DNA from: Perna viridis
Lineage: Eukaryota
Assembly (NCBI GenBank): GCA_037379345.1
Contig: CM074522.1
Span: forward strand, 37,825,288 to 37,889,287
DNA: 64,000 nucleotides
Direction of reading: 5' to 3'
Position 1 is the stretch's first letter. Each line of letters begins with the position of its first letter. This document shows positions 1 through 12,911 of this stretch, piece by piece. The notes beneath the pieces were generated by a model, which was not told the origin of the DNA, did no database searches, and saw only the letters and a program-made list of their open reading frames with translations. A program made the position numbers and the translations under genes.

Positions 1-877
1 TGAAGACTTGAGGAAAGATTTAAGGATAATCTTAATTTATTTTTTATGAAACCCAGACCAGATCACTTGAAACTAAAGATTTGAGGGAAATCTCAATTAT
101 AGGTTTGTTTTTGAAACCCAGACAAGGTTAGGTAACTTTTTAGAAATATACCTGAAAAATGTAGACACATATTTTTCTTACAGTATAGAAAATTGTTACA
201 CATGACACAGATAGACTAATTATAAGGAAGAAATTGCTTACAAAACAAAAAATAGTGTAGAGTCATTTGGATTTTGGTGGCTATTTATTTCCTTGAAAGG
301 AGAAAATAAGACATTTTGTGAAGTATACAACTTTAGGTTAATAGTCCTGAAATTAAAAAAGAAACAAGTCTGCATTTTCAGTATTAGTATCATCAAATCT
401 GTTTCCATACTCCCACTGTATATTGTCGTCAGTCAATACGCGGATGGGAACATGGTAATACCAGTGTCTGTCCATCTGTCTGGTCACTTTTATGGACGCA
501 ACTCCTTGGAAACTGCTTGATGGATTTTGTTCAAATTTTGTTTGTCACCATTTGTAATTCTCTTGTCAGTCATACCATACGTCCATCATTTGGTCATCTG
601 ATTTTCATTACAGTTATCTTGATTCTCAATAGAAAGATTGATTACAAATTTGCTATATAGCTTTATGCAGATTGGGTATATATTATAAGTAAATTGGGTT
701 GCTCTCCAAGGTCAACTGCCAGTATTTTGGGACTAACCCATATTCACTAAATGGAATGAGAGGGTTAATATAAAGCATGACAAAAGATTGCAACTTTACC
801 TTTCTGTATGATTTATACTGTACAATGAGTCATCATATGTACAACAATTCTATGAATGCCCTTCATTTACATTTCAG

Positions 878-965
878 GAAGACATGGTGCCAATACTTTG
901 ATGAGAACAATGTTAGAGTAGCATTTTGGTCTGCCCTGTCTGAAACAGAGAGACAAAAACAAAGT
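878..965 (+). CDS. LSG1: LSG1 internal coding exon (first visible in window; upstream exons lie outside)
   Basis: ttcag|G...CAAAGT|gtaagt. Encodes (R)KTWCQYFDENNVRVAFWSALSETERQKQS, matching the LSG1 W-x-x-YF...FWSA (G5 region) motif. Phase is compatible with the next exon. Confidence 0.85.
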
Positions 966-1024
966 GTAAGTTTTACTTATATAGCATTTTGGTTTGCCCT
1001 GTCTGAAACAGAGAGACAAAAAAG

Positions 1025-1570
1025 TCTTTATTATGGTCAAAGTTGTTAGACAACTCTTTGTTAGAGTTATTGCCCTTGAAAGGTGAAAAATGACAGTTTT
1101 TGCAGTTTTCAGCCAATATCTTGAAATTTATAGTACATTGTAGATAGGAAAAACTTTACATTTGATGAAATGATTCTTATGATAAGGCCTACTAAAGTGT
1201 CCACAAGTCAAAATTGTGACAACTCCTTGTTAGAGTTAATGGCCTTAAGTTAAAATATTGTGTTTTTGCAGTTTTCAGCCAATATCATGAAAACTAATTG
1301 ATTAAAAAATCCTTCAATTGATGAAATGATCTTAATGTTAAGGCCAACAAAAGTCTTTTTGGGTCGAAGTTGTCAGATGACTGTTTGTTAGAGCTATTGC
1401 TTTTGAAAGGATGATAAATGGCAATTTTTGGCCTATGTTTTGGAAACTATGATAGTTAAAAAAATAACTTTTATTTGATGAAATAATTCTTATAATTTGG
1501 CCTACTTATCAAAGTCGTAAGAGTTTTAACGCTTTAAGAATTATTGCCCTTGTAATCATTTTTGCAATTT
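1025..1570 (+). repeat. ~160-bp tandem satellite-like units of a HINE-type element
   Basis: 3-4 diverged copies of ...caactccttgttagagttattgcccttgaaagg...cagttttcagccaatatcttgaaa...gatgaaatgatccttat. The same unit recurs at 4620-4900 and 14330-14550. Confidence 0.7.
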
Positions 1571-4534
1571 TTGCGGTTGCCTCAAGAACACGAAAACTAA
1601 TACCCGCGAAAATATATTTACATTTCCAAGTCTTTTGACCGTTATAATTATGGTTCCCACAATTTTGAATAGAAACATCCTTTTGTGTAAGGGTCATGTC
1701 ATTCGATGCAATCAAGTATGAATTTATACTAAGTCTATTATAAAAATGTATATGATAAAAGCATGTGGGTTATTATTTCTAAATTCGCGATCTTGTTTAC
1801 ATGTTTGTGGCCATAGAGTACATGTCACATCAGAGAATAAAAATCAATACTGTGCAAACATTCTATTCACAAAAAGAACAAAATGTATCGGTAAGTGTCA
1901 AACACACACTACAGGTCATCACCGATAAAAGATAAGCGTTAAATACACAAGCTGAGAACTGTCAATAAAAAGCTAATCCGTAAACATGCAATTAAATTGT
2001 CAAAAGATAAAATACCTACAATTAGCTACAGTTTGCGAATTAAGTGAGTTCTTTTTAGTTTTAAATAAGAATACGCTGTTAGATTAAATGGCCAGAGGAA
2101 ACTATATATGTGGATTTGTCAATTTGTTAATGTTGTATCAACAGCTTCATTAATTTATTGAAACAAGTGGTCCAAAGAGGAATCACACACTGAAAAACTA
2201 TTGAAAAACTTTATTTTTTCAACCTTGAAAACTGTGAAAATTAATACCCTTGAACATGTTGACTTTTCAGAAACCGCTAAAATTCGCTGCAGCAAAAATT
2301 AATGTTTACAGTAATTGGCCTTGTCTGTAATACATGTATGTGACGAGTAGGGTGACAGGCCTACTGAGCATACACATTAAAGATCTTACTCAGTTTGTCA
2401 GACTTTTACAAAGCATGGTCTGACCCGATCTGTTTGATTCTTATCCTAAAATGCATGAAATATGTAAAGTATGTACACCATAATGTTCTTTTCTAACTCA
2501 GAATGAGAGAATTCACTTATTTAACTTGAGTTGTTCAGCCATGAAAAAAGGGAAGTTTCCATTTTTTGAGGTGTTTGTGTTACCTGAGGCCATTCCTACA
2601 TATTAAATTGGTCCTTAGATTAGCCAATTCACAGTTTTGAAGGAATAATAGGTGTTTGTGTTACCAGAGGCCATTCATACATATCAACTTGGTCCTTAGA
2701 CTAGCCAATTCACAGTTTGATTCAAAATCATAAGGTAAATATTATCTTATGTTATTCAAAACTGCTATAATTCTTATTTGTTTGGTAAAAATGTGTCTCT
2801 TTTTCTTCAGTGACATATAACTTCAAGAGTTTAATTGTTATGAGTTTAAGAATTCATGCTAGCTGGAATGTCAAAAAAATTAGAGACAAAATGTTAAAAG
2901 CAAACTGTGGAAATTATGTTTGAGGCACTCAGTCAAAACAATAGCTGAAATATAAAAATTGAATTAAAAAAGTGTGAAAACAGATGGAAATATCTCATGT
3001 GTTTTTAAAGGACATGTATTAGGCTATGAGTCGAAATATATATTGGAAAGGGGTTGGGGGATGGGGGGTAACTGAGAAATTGTACATACATTGTATAAGG
3101 ATTTCTCTTGTTACCTAGCAAGGGGAGATATTGAAAAATGAGAGTCTAACATGATTCAAGTCCAAGTGAAGCAGAAGTATTCTTTTTATTGGCTAAAACA
3201 CAATATTTTGATCAATTTCGATCGAAGATCCAAATTGATATAGAAGTTGCCAGAACCTTTAGATTTGTAAAGCCTGATGGCATCTGCAATTATCTTCCAC
3301 TATTGCAGTAAAATAGTCCTATCGGCATACCCCATTTAGGTTCAAATGTTAGGTCCATTTTATAGGTACAAAAATGTATTTCTAGTATATTAAAGTTAAC
3401 ATAGGTACAAAAATGTATTTCTAATATATTAAATTTAATGCCAATAAACAAACCAAATAAACAACTTTTACTGTGAACTAAACAAGCTGATTAATTAGGA
3501 TTGTACATTTGTATTAACAACGATCCATTTAAAAATAGTTGACGTCTAATATCTTAACAGTACGTGTTTATTTTTACGCAATCAGTTGTTCACTATCAAT
3601 ATATTCAAGTTATCTGGTTTTTTTTAGAGGCATATTATAGATAGAAATGAAAACCTTGTGAGGCTATAAATAGTCAGAATGCTGAAGCTGTCTTCTGATG
3701 TTTCATGCAGGCCCTGGCGATTCCAAATATTTACAAAAAGGGGGCAGTGGATCTGATTAAGAAACTTATATAAAGAAAGGGGTACCATGTTATCATTTGC
3801 CACTCATTTTTTTGCCAAATGTTTTACAAAAGAATAGCAAAACTCCTGAAACCATCCCTATGTATCACTCACTGTATTGTGTATTTTTATTATGGTTACC
3901 GTCTCATGAAGCCCGAATGGGAATGGTGTCGTCTGTGTTCTGTTGATATTGCTTTTTTTGTAATAATCATTCTATTGGGTTGTTTTGGTCATGTGTGAAG
4001 ATAATTGAGCTGCAGGTGATCCTAGGCCTTAAAAGTGCATTGCTTGTGTTGTCTGCACCATACATAATTGTTGAAATTGTATTCTAAACTTTGGCATTTA
4101 TGTTAATATGTGTTTGTCTGGAACAAGATGCCCAAGAAACTAAGAACTTGAAATGACACATAGGTGTCTATGCGATAACTTGTAGCACTTGAGTTATTAG
4201 GGTTCTCAACTGAGGAATGTAGCTAGTTCAGAGGGACATGTATCTTTGGACATGATTTATTTCAATGATTATGGTGGCTTAAGTTTGAATGATTTGACAG
4301 ACAGTTTCGACCTGAAGGTCGATAAATTGAATTTCTACTTGAAAATATTTAGAAACTGGGAAAGGCCATCTAGTAGTTCGTAGTTCAATTACACAGTGTG
4401 TTGGAAAGTTTTGTGTGCATTCATCTAGGTGTTCCATGTAAACCAACATCGAACCTGAATATTACACAAACTGGCACACTGCTATGATGCAATATGAAAT
4501 TGGTGAGTACTTTGGTTAGTTTCTGTATAGATCA

Positions 4535-4947
4535 GTTACATTGCCATTACTTGGTGTCCGTCCTTGTGGTCAACTGTTTTTTTTTTTTTTTAAATCACAT
4601 ATATGTCCCCAAAACCGTTTGGTTTAGCCAAATTCTTTCAATTGCTGAAATGATCCTTTTTATAAGGCCTACAAAAGTCTCCACGAGTTCCAAGTTGTGA
4701 GACGGTTCCTGATTAGAGTAATTGCACTTGAAAGGCAAAAAAAATTTTTTTTTCCAGTTTTCATCCAGTATCTTGAAAATTACAAAGATAGGATGAAACT
4801 TTCATTTGTTGATATGATCCTTATGAAAAGTCCTTCCAAAGTCCTCTTTGAGTCAAAATTGTCAGACAGCTCCTTGTTAGAGTTATTGACCTTGAGAGAC
4901 AAAAATTTAACCAGGTGTGCGATTCAGGCTCTTGGGAGACTCTTGTT
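4535..4947 (+). mobile_element. Non-autonomous Helentron/HINE-like element (partial)
   Basis: Internal 160-bp units. The 3' end ccaggtgtgcgattcaggctcttgggagactcttgtt (subterminal IR plus small hairpin) is shared with the copies at 14557-14592 and 25151-25187. Confidence 0.6.
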
Positions 4948-5040
4948 GGTCTGTAGGATCTCTCCTTTTATCCTTTTTTGTAAAAATAGTTATCATATGA
5001 AACTTGAATGAAACTAATTTTCACAATGTTTACTTATCAG

Positions 5041-5160
5041 AAAGCAGAAGAAGGTGAGAAGATGTCAGATGATGTCAGTGAAAATGAAGATGATGATTTT
5101 GAGGGGATCTTGGAGGAACACTTGTTTCATCATCCCAGGGAAATTTCTGATCTAGAAAAG
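5041..5160 (+). CDS. LSG1: LSG1 coding exon, acidic low-complexity insert
   Basis: cttatcag|AAAGCA...GAAAAG|gtaagg. 120 nt open, phase 0/0, KAEEGEKMSDDVSENEDDDFEGILEEHLFHHPREISDLEK. Confidence 0.75.
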
Positions 5161-6362
5161 GTAAGGCATAGTACAGTCAAATCTTGAAAAGAAAACCTGT
5201 GTAAACCTGGCATTTATTAAGTTGATATTTGTTTCAACTGTATAAACTTAACACCTGTATCACTGTAGTCATATATTTTTTTTTTCATTCATGTAATATT
5301 TTCTGGGTGAGAAGATAAAATGCTACTCACATGTAGTAACCAGTTTTGAATGTAACATCCCACCCTAACAGACTCACTGTGATATTTTCTGTGGCAACTA
5401 CAAAACTGGGGGTATTCTGTATGTATCTGTATATACATGTATTAAAACTGCTAAAAGTTTTCAAGTAATAAATTAGGTCAGCCTGTTTATTCAAGGGTTA
5501 GTAAACAGGAAAATTGGTAACATATGTTTTCATATGCTTCAAAACATATGAAAATATATGTTAAAAACCAGTATGGTAATATATATTTATTTTTTTCCAT
5601 TACATCTCATGAACTGCCCCAATTCAAATAAAAACACATGCCTTTAAAGATTAAAATCATTTAAGAAACATTTGTTAACCAGTTTTAATTAGAGAATCTC
5701 ATATATTTAAGAAATAAATCATGGAAAGGGCGAATTAAGTAGAATGATGTTAGATATGACTCAGTTGTTTGCATTATAAGGTCACACATGAACAGGTACA
5801 ACACTTGGACTGAAACGTTTCTTTCATTGACAATTTTTATTGTTTGTTTTCCTACATGATGGCGCATATGGCAGGTTCTACCATGTACCTATGTAAGTGA
5901 TTTTTGTGGAATATATATAACTTTTCTAAAACATAACGTCTCTTATTTTTATTAAATATTAATTTGATCATGCTACTGAAATGAATGAAAACAGCTGATA
6001 CACATCAAATGTTACATGTGTTTGTTTACATGATTTAAGGTAGGCGGTAATTTACATACACACAAGCCACACCCAATAAGTTGTGTGCTGCTCATATAGC
6101 AATCTAAAATCAATCACATTTGTGATCTCAAAGCCATTTAAGAACGTCATATTAGAATTATATTTTTGATATGTTTTTCATGGTGGTCCTAAAGATATGA
6201 AAATCATATGTTTTTAATGGTGGTCCTAAACATATGAAAAACATGTTTTTCATGTGTTTCAGAAAATCATATGTATTTCATATTTTCCTGTGTAATTTAA
6301 ACTTATTTTCAGATTTCTACTATAAGTGAAATAAAGTAAGCATGTTTTTGTTCTTATTACAG

Positions 6363-6764
6363 AAGATGGAAGCAAATGACCTTCAAGGTGATGACCCATT
6401 ACAGGACAGAATGGAGGAAGAAAATTTTGAAGATAAAGACTTAGATACAGAGAAACAAACAGGAAATGCAATTGAAAAAAAGGAAGTTGATGGAGTTGCT
6501 ATGGCAACAAAATGTAACAGTCAAACTGACAGTGATATAAGTTGTGAAGGTGGACAAAAAAGAAAATTATCTGAAAATGAAAATATTACTGAAGGGCAGG
6601 ACAATTCATGCCAGTGTGATGTTGACACTATTGGTGATGCCAAATTAGACAACAGTTATCATGGCAACATACCAGATATTTTAAATGGAGATCAGTTAAT
6701 AAAACTGTTCCGTTGTTTACATTCTGGTACCAAGGCAACACAAGGTCAAACAACTATAGGCATG
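6363..6764 (+). CDS. LSG1: LSG1 coding exon (acidic insert plus residues leading into G1)
   Basis: ttattacag|AAGATG...GGCATG|gtaaat. 402 nt, ends ...QTTIGM, which joins VGYPNVGKS of the next exon. Confidence 0.85.
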
Positions 6765-7187
6765 GTAAATAATTACTTCACTACTCAAGTTCAGGTCAAA
6801 CAACCATAGGCATGGTAAATAATTACTTCATTACTGAAGTTCAGATCAAACAACCATAGGCATGGTGAATAATTACTTCACTACTCAAGTTAAAGTCAAA
6901 CATCATAGGCATGGTAAATAATTACTTCACTACTCAAGTTCAGGTCAAATATCATAGGCATGGTAAATAATTACTTCACTACTCGAGTTAAAGTCAAACA
7001 TCATAGGCATGGTAAATAATTACTTCACTACTCAAGTTCATGTCAAACAACCATAGGCATGGTAAATAATTACTTCACTACTCGAGTTAAAGTCAAACAT
7101 CATAGGCATGGTGAATAATTACTTCACTACTCAAGTTCATGTCAAACAACCATAGGCATGGTAAATAATTACTTCACTACTCAAGTT
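6741..7187 (+). repeat. 49-50-bp minisatellite x9 spanning an LSG1 splice donor
   Basis: Unit ggtcaaacaaccataggcATG|GTaaataattacttcactactcaagttca. CATGGT occurs at 6761, 6811, 6861, 6910, 6959, 7008, 7058, 7107 and 7157. Confidence 0.95.
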
Positions 7188-8196
7188 AATTTTAGCCAAG
7201 TTATCCTAGTTCTCATAAAACCAAGCAAAAAATTCAGAATTGAAGAATAAGCAACAGCATACAATGCAATTAAGAACACAAATCTTGGATACATGTATAG
7301 CTTTGTTTACTGATTAAACCAGCTGAGTGGTCCTAGTTCTTGTAGAACCTAATGAAAAAAATCAGAATTTGAGGAAAAAGTTATGAACCAACGAACCTAA
7401 TAGTATAAAAATATCTTTGATAAAAGTTTTACAGATTTTAAACTTAGAGTAATAATAGTTACAATTGGTGATGCAGTTTGAAATTTAGAAATAATTAGAA
7501 CACTCATCAAGTGAATTTTACAAATATAATACTCTATCACAAGAAGTCAACAACCAGTGAACCATGAACAGCACATGTCAAAAGTGTTTTACTGAATGGT
7601 TATCACATGAATTGTTTATGATAATTTTTAAACTAACAAGTTTTCTTATTTGATATACAATTTTCATCTATCATCTTACAGACTGAAATGTTCCATGTGA
7701 TGATGACCTCATCTGTAAAAGCTGATTATATTATCATCTCTGCAAGCACAAACTTGAACATAAGTGTGTGTCACATGATTGACAACATTTCTTCATGGAC
7801 CAAACTTCTGTTGCTGTTTGAGGCTTCCCCTAGACCAATATAGAATATCACTGCATTATGCCTTCATCTTCAAGCATCATGAAGTTTAAGATGTGTCCCC
7901 AATTGGTCGTTTTAGATTTATTTGTAATTTTTTACCTGATTTGCAATTTCACATATACTACTGTTGTGTTTGCACCCATTTATTATACTTTTACAAGACC
8001 ATATTAGGGTGAAGACTACTTATAGAAGGTTTTGGAAAATGTATTGTTTCATGTGTAGGTTGGGTGCCCCAAAAATAATAATTTCATGTTATGCTTTATT
8101 GCCCTATGAATGCATGAAAGTACCCTAGTTCATAAATTTCTCTGGAAAACTCTGGCATATATGTATTTTATATCTGTATGTCTTTGTTGTATGTAG

Positions 8197-8298
8197 GTTG
8201 GTTATCCTAACGTTGGTAAAAGTTCCACAATCAATGCCATACTAAAGATGAAGAAAGTTCCTGTATCTGCTACACCAGGCAGAACTAAACATTTTCAG
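8197..8298 (+). CDS. LSG1: LSG1 coding exon with P-loop G1 and G2
   Basis: atgtag|GTTGGT...TTTCAG|gtgggt. Encodes VGYPNVGKSSTINAILKMKKVPVSATPGRTKHFQ, the YlqF/YawG-family signature. Confidence 0.95.
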
Positions 8299-9975
8299 GT
8301 GGGTATCAAAATATTGTGTTACCTCCATGGTCTACATTGTAGTCCTCTGACCTCTGGTGGAAGAGGATGAGGAATTAATCCATAACTTAGTCAGTACCAG
8401 TGGTGGTGACTGCTCCTTTGTCGTTGTCCATTTTTTTTTCTTTTTAGACAATAACTTGAGTATAAGAGTATGAATCTGTATGAAATTGTATCACAAGATG
8501 CCATACCAAATTCATCCATTAAGGAATTTGGAGCCAGAAACTACAATTTTTTCCTCCCATTTCCGGACAATTATTTGAGTCCTTTTAAACTTGTACCACA
8601 AAGTGTCACACCACAAACAGAAGACTGGGATTAATTTTGATAGTTATGAACTGTTTAAGAATTACATACATGTAATATGGGTAAAAATAATGGTTTTCAT
8701 GATGTCTGAAAAATAGCATGAGTATAAGTGTAATGAGAATAAGTATGGTGAGTATGTCAAAGAGACAACAACCCCCTATCTGAAAATGTCAGCCAAAGGC
8801 CATGCATTGGTCTCCAAAAGCGAAGAGAAAACCCTCTCACCACAGGGCAAGCTAAAATGTACTGTATAGATCTATGAAATTGTACCACAAGGTGCCAAAC
8901 CTTTAAAGGAAGGCTGGCATTGGTTTTTGTTATTGTGACTTGAATTGTTTAGCAATTATGGGCTTAAAAGGAGCCAAAAACAAGCACTGTTAATACAATT
9001 AACACCATAAAGTTGTTTACATTGGAAGGAAAAACAACATGGCCGACATGATAGCCACTTAAAAGTGAGCTCTACAGATTTTTGGCAAATTTGATGGTTT
9101 TCTGTAGGATATTATTCATTATATTTATATGAGAAGAAACAGAAATTTTCATACTTCCAAGTGACGTATTTGATTTGTAGAAATATTGGATTTTGCACTT
9201 AAATGTCCACCATTAATTACACTTATGATAAAGGTGAATCCTTACTGGAGAGCTCATTAGAGTTATCTCTCTTAGAACATGTAAAACAGAAATTAAATGG
9301 AAATTTAACAAGTACTTGACTGCAAGTTTGAAATTGTACTACAAGGTGTCATACAGGTAGGCTGAGATTGATATTAGGGGTTGTGACTGGAACCATTAAT
9401 GAAAGGGCCAAATTGATGGATGGTCAAATTCTTATCTTGTGTCAAATATTTGACTAGAATGAAAATTCAGAGCTATATCAAGCTTGACTGATGTGTCCAC
9501 ACTCAGGGTTTGACCTCTGTGGTCATATTAAGTGCACCCTGTGAAGCATATTATTAAAATGATGCTTGCAGCAAGAGATGTGATTTGTGAAATATTTAAT
9601 ACTTTTATAGAGAAAAAAAAATCTGTTTATTTGGTGAAATCATTCCTTGCTGTAACTCACCCTTTTTTTTTTTCAAATTCAGATTTCTTTCCTAAAACAT
9701 AAAGAAATTTGGTCTGCTGTCTATTTGATAGCCTCTTCTACTTTCCAGTTCAGACACTGTCTGTATAGAAGGGCCTGATTTGTGAAATATTTAACACTTT
9801 TTACAGAGAAAACAATCAGTTTGTAATGTAAGGCAGGTTGGTGGGCAGACTGTCAGGCAACCTTGTTATAACTCAAACAACCTTTGGCAGAATCAGATTT
9901 GTTTCCTAAGGAAAGTTGGTTTGCTGTCTGTCTGACAGCCTCTTGTGTAATAAATTTCACTACTTTCTATTTCAG

Positions 9976-10119
9976 ACACTGTACTTAGAGAAGGACCTGA
10001 TGTTATGTGATTGTCCTGGACTTGTCTTCCCATCATTTGTGTCAACCAAAGCTGAGTTGGTTGTTAATGGCATCCTACCAATTGATCAGATGAGGGACCA
10101 TATACCTCCTGTGTCACTG
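9976..10119 (+). CDS. LSG1: LSG1 coding exon with G3 (DCPG)
   Basis: tttcag|ACACTG...TCACTG|gtatcctt. Encodes TLYLEKDLMLCDCPGLVFPSFVSTKAELVVNGILPIDQMRDHIPPVSL. Confidence 0.95.
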
Positions 10120-10971
10120 GTATCCTTTAGTATAACTTAGTAAGAAAGTGTGGGCTGGGTTGTACAATTGTAAATGACATCCTCTTCTTTGATCAGATGA
10201 GGAGTGTCACTGGTAGACTTTGATATAACTTTGTAAGAATTGTAATGGACAGAATGTGTTGTAATATTATAGAGACTTCCAGTCCTTCGCAAGATGGCCA
10301 TCTATAAACTGTGTGTGTCGTAAGTTCCTGTTACAATATCTTGTAAAAATAGGACATTGATGGAACATTAAATGATATCCCCATGTTATGGTAAAAAAGG
10401 GGTTGGCAAAACTGCATTTTGGATTTTTACTGAAAATTTAACTTAACCTGTATTTTATGGTACTGAACAACTGTGCATAGTTTCAAAAAAGTTTATTGAT
10501 CTGTTCTCAAGTTGTCATGTAGAAACCATCGGAGTACTGACAGACAGATGGATGAACAAGCGGACGGTAACACATAATACCTCCCACTGGCAGAAAATGG
10601 TTGTGGTCATACATAATAAATAATATTCAAAAAGGTGGAGAATAGTGGGAAATGTTATTCTATCTATGTAAAAGATGGTGAATGAAATACCTCCATTGTC
10701 GTAGGTCATGTATCTCCCATTTCTTAAGTATCCTGTATTAATGTATTGTAAAAAGGGGAAAGGGTTATTTACATGGTACCTTTCAAGATTAAAAAGTATT
10801 AAAATAATTGCTTGAAACTAAAAAAAAAATCAGCAATTCCTGAAAGTTTTCTTCTTTTTCATGCTTTATAATCATTACAATCTTTTCAGTTTTTAGCAAG
10901 CCCTAAATTCCAATAAAATATTTTTGTAACTCTGTATCATAGCTGTTGTATGTCCTTAATTTTGACCTCAG
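10120..10971 (+). other. U12-type (minor spliceosome) GT-AG intron of LSG1
   Basis: The 5' site GTATCCTTT is a perfect U12 consensus. Branch site TCCTTAAT at 10953-10960 lies just upstream of the AG at 10970-10971, with no long polypyrimidine tract. Confidence 0.9.
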
Positions 10972-11095
10972 GTGTGTCACAACATACCCCGGACAACACT
11001 TGAGGAGATGTATGGTATACATTTGCCTCTCCCTCAGGAAGGAGAGGATCCTGACAGACCCCCCACAGCTCATGAAATTCTGAATGTTTATGGAA
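10972..11095 (+). CDS. LSG1: LSG1 coding exon
   Basis: cctcag|GTGTGT...GGAA|gtgagt. Encodes VCHNIPRTTLEEMYGIHLPLPQEGEDPDRPPTAHEILNVYG, ends in phase 1. Confidence 0.92.
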
Positions 11096-11364
11096 GTGAG
11101 TACTACATTTATTTGTGGGTAGTGGAAGTTTCATTTACAGCCAAACCTGTCTTAAGTGACGTTCCAAGGGACGAAAAATCATGGTCACATTATACAGGTG
11201 GTCTGTATGTATAGGTCAATTTTACAGTGAATGCATTACATTCTTTTAAGACTTATTATTGGTTAATCCAAGAGGTTGTAAACACAAGTTGACAGTAAAA
11301 TCCTTAAGATTTTATTGAAATGAAGTTCCTTTTTATTTATTCTTCTCTTAAATTGCCTCACATA

Positions 11365-11515
11365 CAGTAAAACCTCTCTAAACCAAATCCTGTATTGGCA
11401 GTAGAATTTGTTCAGTTTAGGCAGGATCAACATACATTTAAATTGACATGAAGGGATAAAAAACAGTGTTTGGTGTAAAGTTATTTTTGGGGTTTTGTAA
11501 AGGCAGGTTTCACTG
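11365..11515. mobile_element. Tc1/mariner(pogo)-type MITE
   Basis: TA|CAGTAAAACCT ... AGGTTTCACTG|TA: terminal inverted repeats with a TA target duplication. Confidence 0.65.
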
Positions 11516-11711
11516 TATATGGAAAATAATCAAAATGTATCTAAGTAAATAAGATGCTGAAACATTTAAATATACCAATATTTAATCCAAGTGTGGTTGA
11601 CTAGATTTTAGACCATTTTCATTTATATTAATCAGGGAATAATAAAAAAGTTCCAAGGACATATCCAAAACCTTATGTGGTAGATAAGTACCTAGACAGA
11701 TACATTTTTTG

Positions 11712-12018
11712 TGATCAATCATCCTTCATTGATTTCATTGATTACAGTCATTGATAAGTTATGGGTCCATCATTGGTCAATCCTTCAGTCATTAATTATA
11801 GTCACAGATCAATCATTGGTCCATCATTCAGTCATTGATTATAGTCACTGGTCAATCATTGGTCCGTCCTACAGTCATTGATTAAAGTGACAGATCAGTA
11901 ATTAGTCTATCATACAGTCGTTGATTATAGTCAGGGATCAGTGATCGGTCCATTATGCAGTCATTGATTAGTTACAGATCCATCATTGGTCCATCATACA
12001 GTTATTGATAAGTTACAC
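11712..12018 (+). repeat. ~39-bp diverged minisatellite
   Basis: Repeats of cagtcattgattatagtcacagatcaatcattggtccatcat. Confidence 0.8.
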
Positions 12019-12044
12019 TTGAAACATTTACATTTCCTATTTTA

Positions 12045-12290
12045 GCATTCATGCATCCTTTATTGTGTGTTTACACATCGTTTGTGTTCGTTTAAACGCA
12101 CGATAGAAGCATTTAGTTTAAACACACACTAGGAGTGTTCGTTTAAATGCAAGCTAGAAGCATTCCTTTAAACGCACAGTAGGAGCATTCTTTTAAATGC
12201 ATCCTTTATTGTGCATTTACACATTGCTTGTGTTCTTTTAAAGGCACGCTGGGAGTGTTCGTTTAAAGGCGCGCTGGGAGCATTCGTTTA
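12045..12290 (+). repeat. ~20/40-bp diverged minisatellite
   Basis: Repeats of ggagtgttcgtttaaacgcac / agaagcatt..tttaaacgcac. Confidence 0.7.
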
Positions 12291-12831
12291 TTATCATAAT
12301 TTGATTATTTCCATGATTCAACTGTTAATTTTATATTATTTGCTATCATTAATTTACATGTTTTCATTAATTCAATTTTTTTCTTTCTTTATTCAACAAG
12401 CCATTTTGAGTGGAGCAATGATTTAAACCACACATGACTGAAGGAGAATTTATATTTCAATATTTTTTTTTATTTAAATTAGATGCAGTATGTGAATATA
12501 ATATTTTGAATTTGAAGCAAAATTACTTTGTATTTTAAAATTAGATCTATTGAAATTTAGAAGAATTGATCATCCCCTATCTTACATAACAAAACCATGA
12601 TCATATCAGTCAATGGTTATCAATCCATCAAAAAGTTGCTGGAAATAGTTTGTTGTCTATACATATACATGTTTATAATATAGTACAATTTATTATGGAT
12701 GATTAATAAATGGAAATAATTTCTTTGGCAATCCTCATAAGTTGAAACAATGACATCAATTACAAGTCAATTCTACTGTTAATTTCTAGATTTTCACACC
12801 GTGAGTTAAATCATTTTTACATGATTTTTAG

Positions 12832-12911
12832 CAATGAGAGGTTTTATGACATCCAAAGGATTACCTGATGGTCCCAGGACATCACGCTACATTCTGAAAG
12901 ACTATGTCAAT
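12832..12911 (+). CDS. LSG1: LSG1 coding exon
   Basis: tttttag|CAATGAGA...GTCAAT|gtaagt. Encodes (T)MRGFMTSKGLPDGPRTSRYILKDYVN, matching the conserved RGFMT...R...YILKDYV. Confidence 0.93.

Noticed and set aside
4697-5011. 104-aa ORF and similar ORFs at 14128, 24353, 24678
   Set aside because: They fall within non-coding HINE-like repeat units and show no protein motifs.
6741-7187. CRISPR-like array
   Set aside because: There are no unique spacers (whole units are repeated), the context is a eukaryotic intron, and there are no cas genes.
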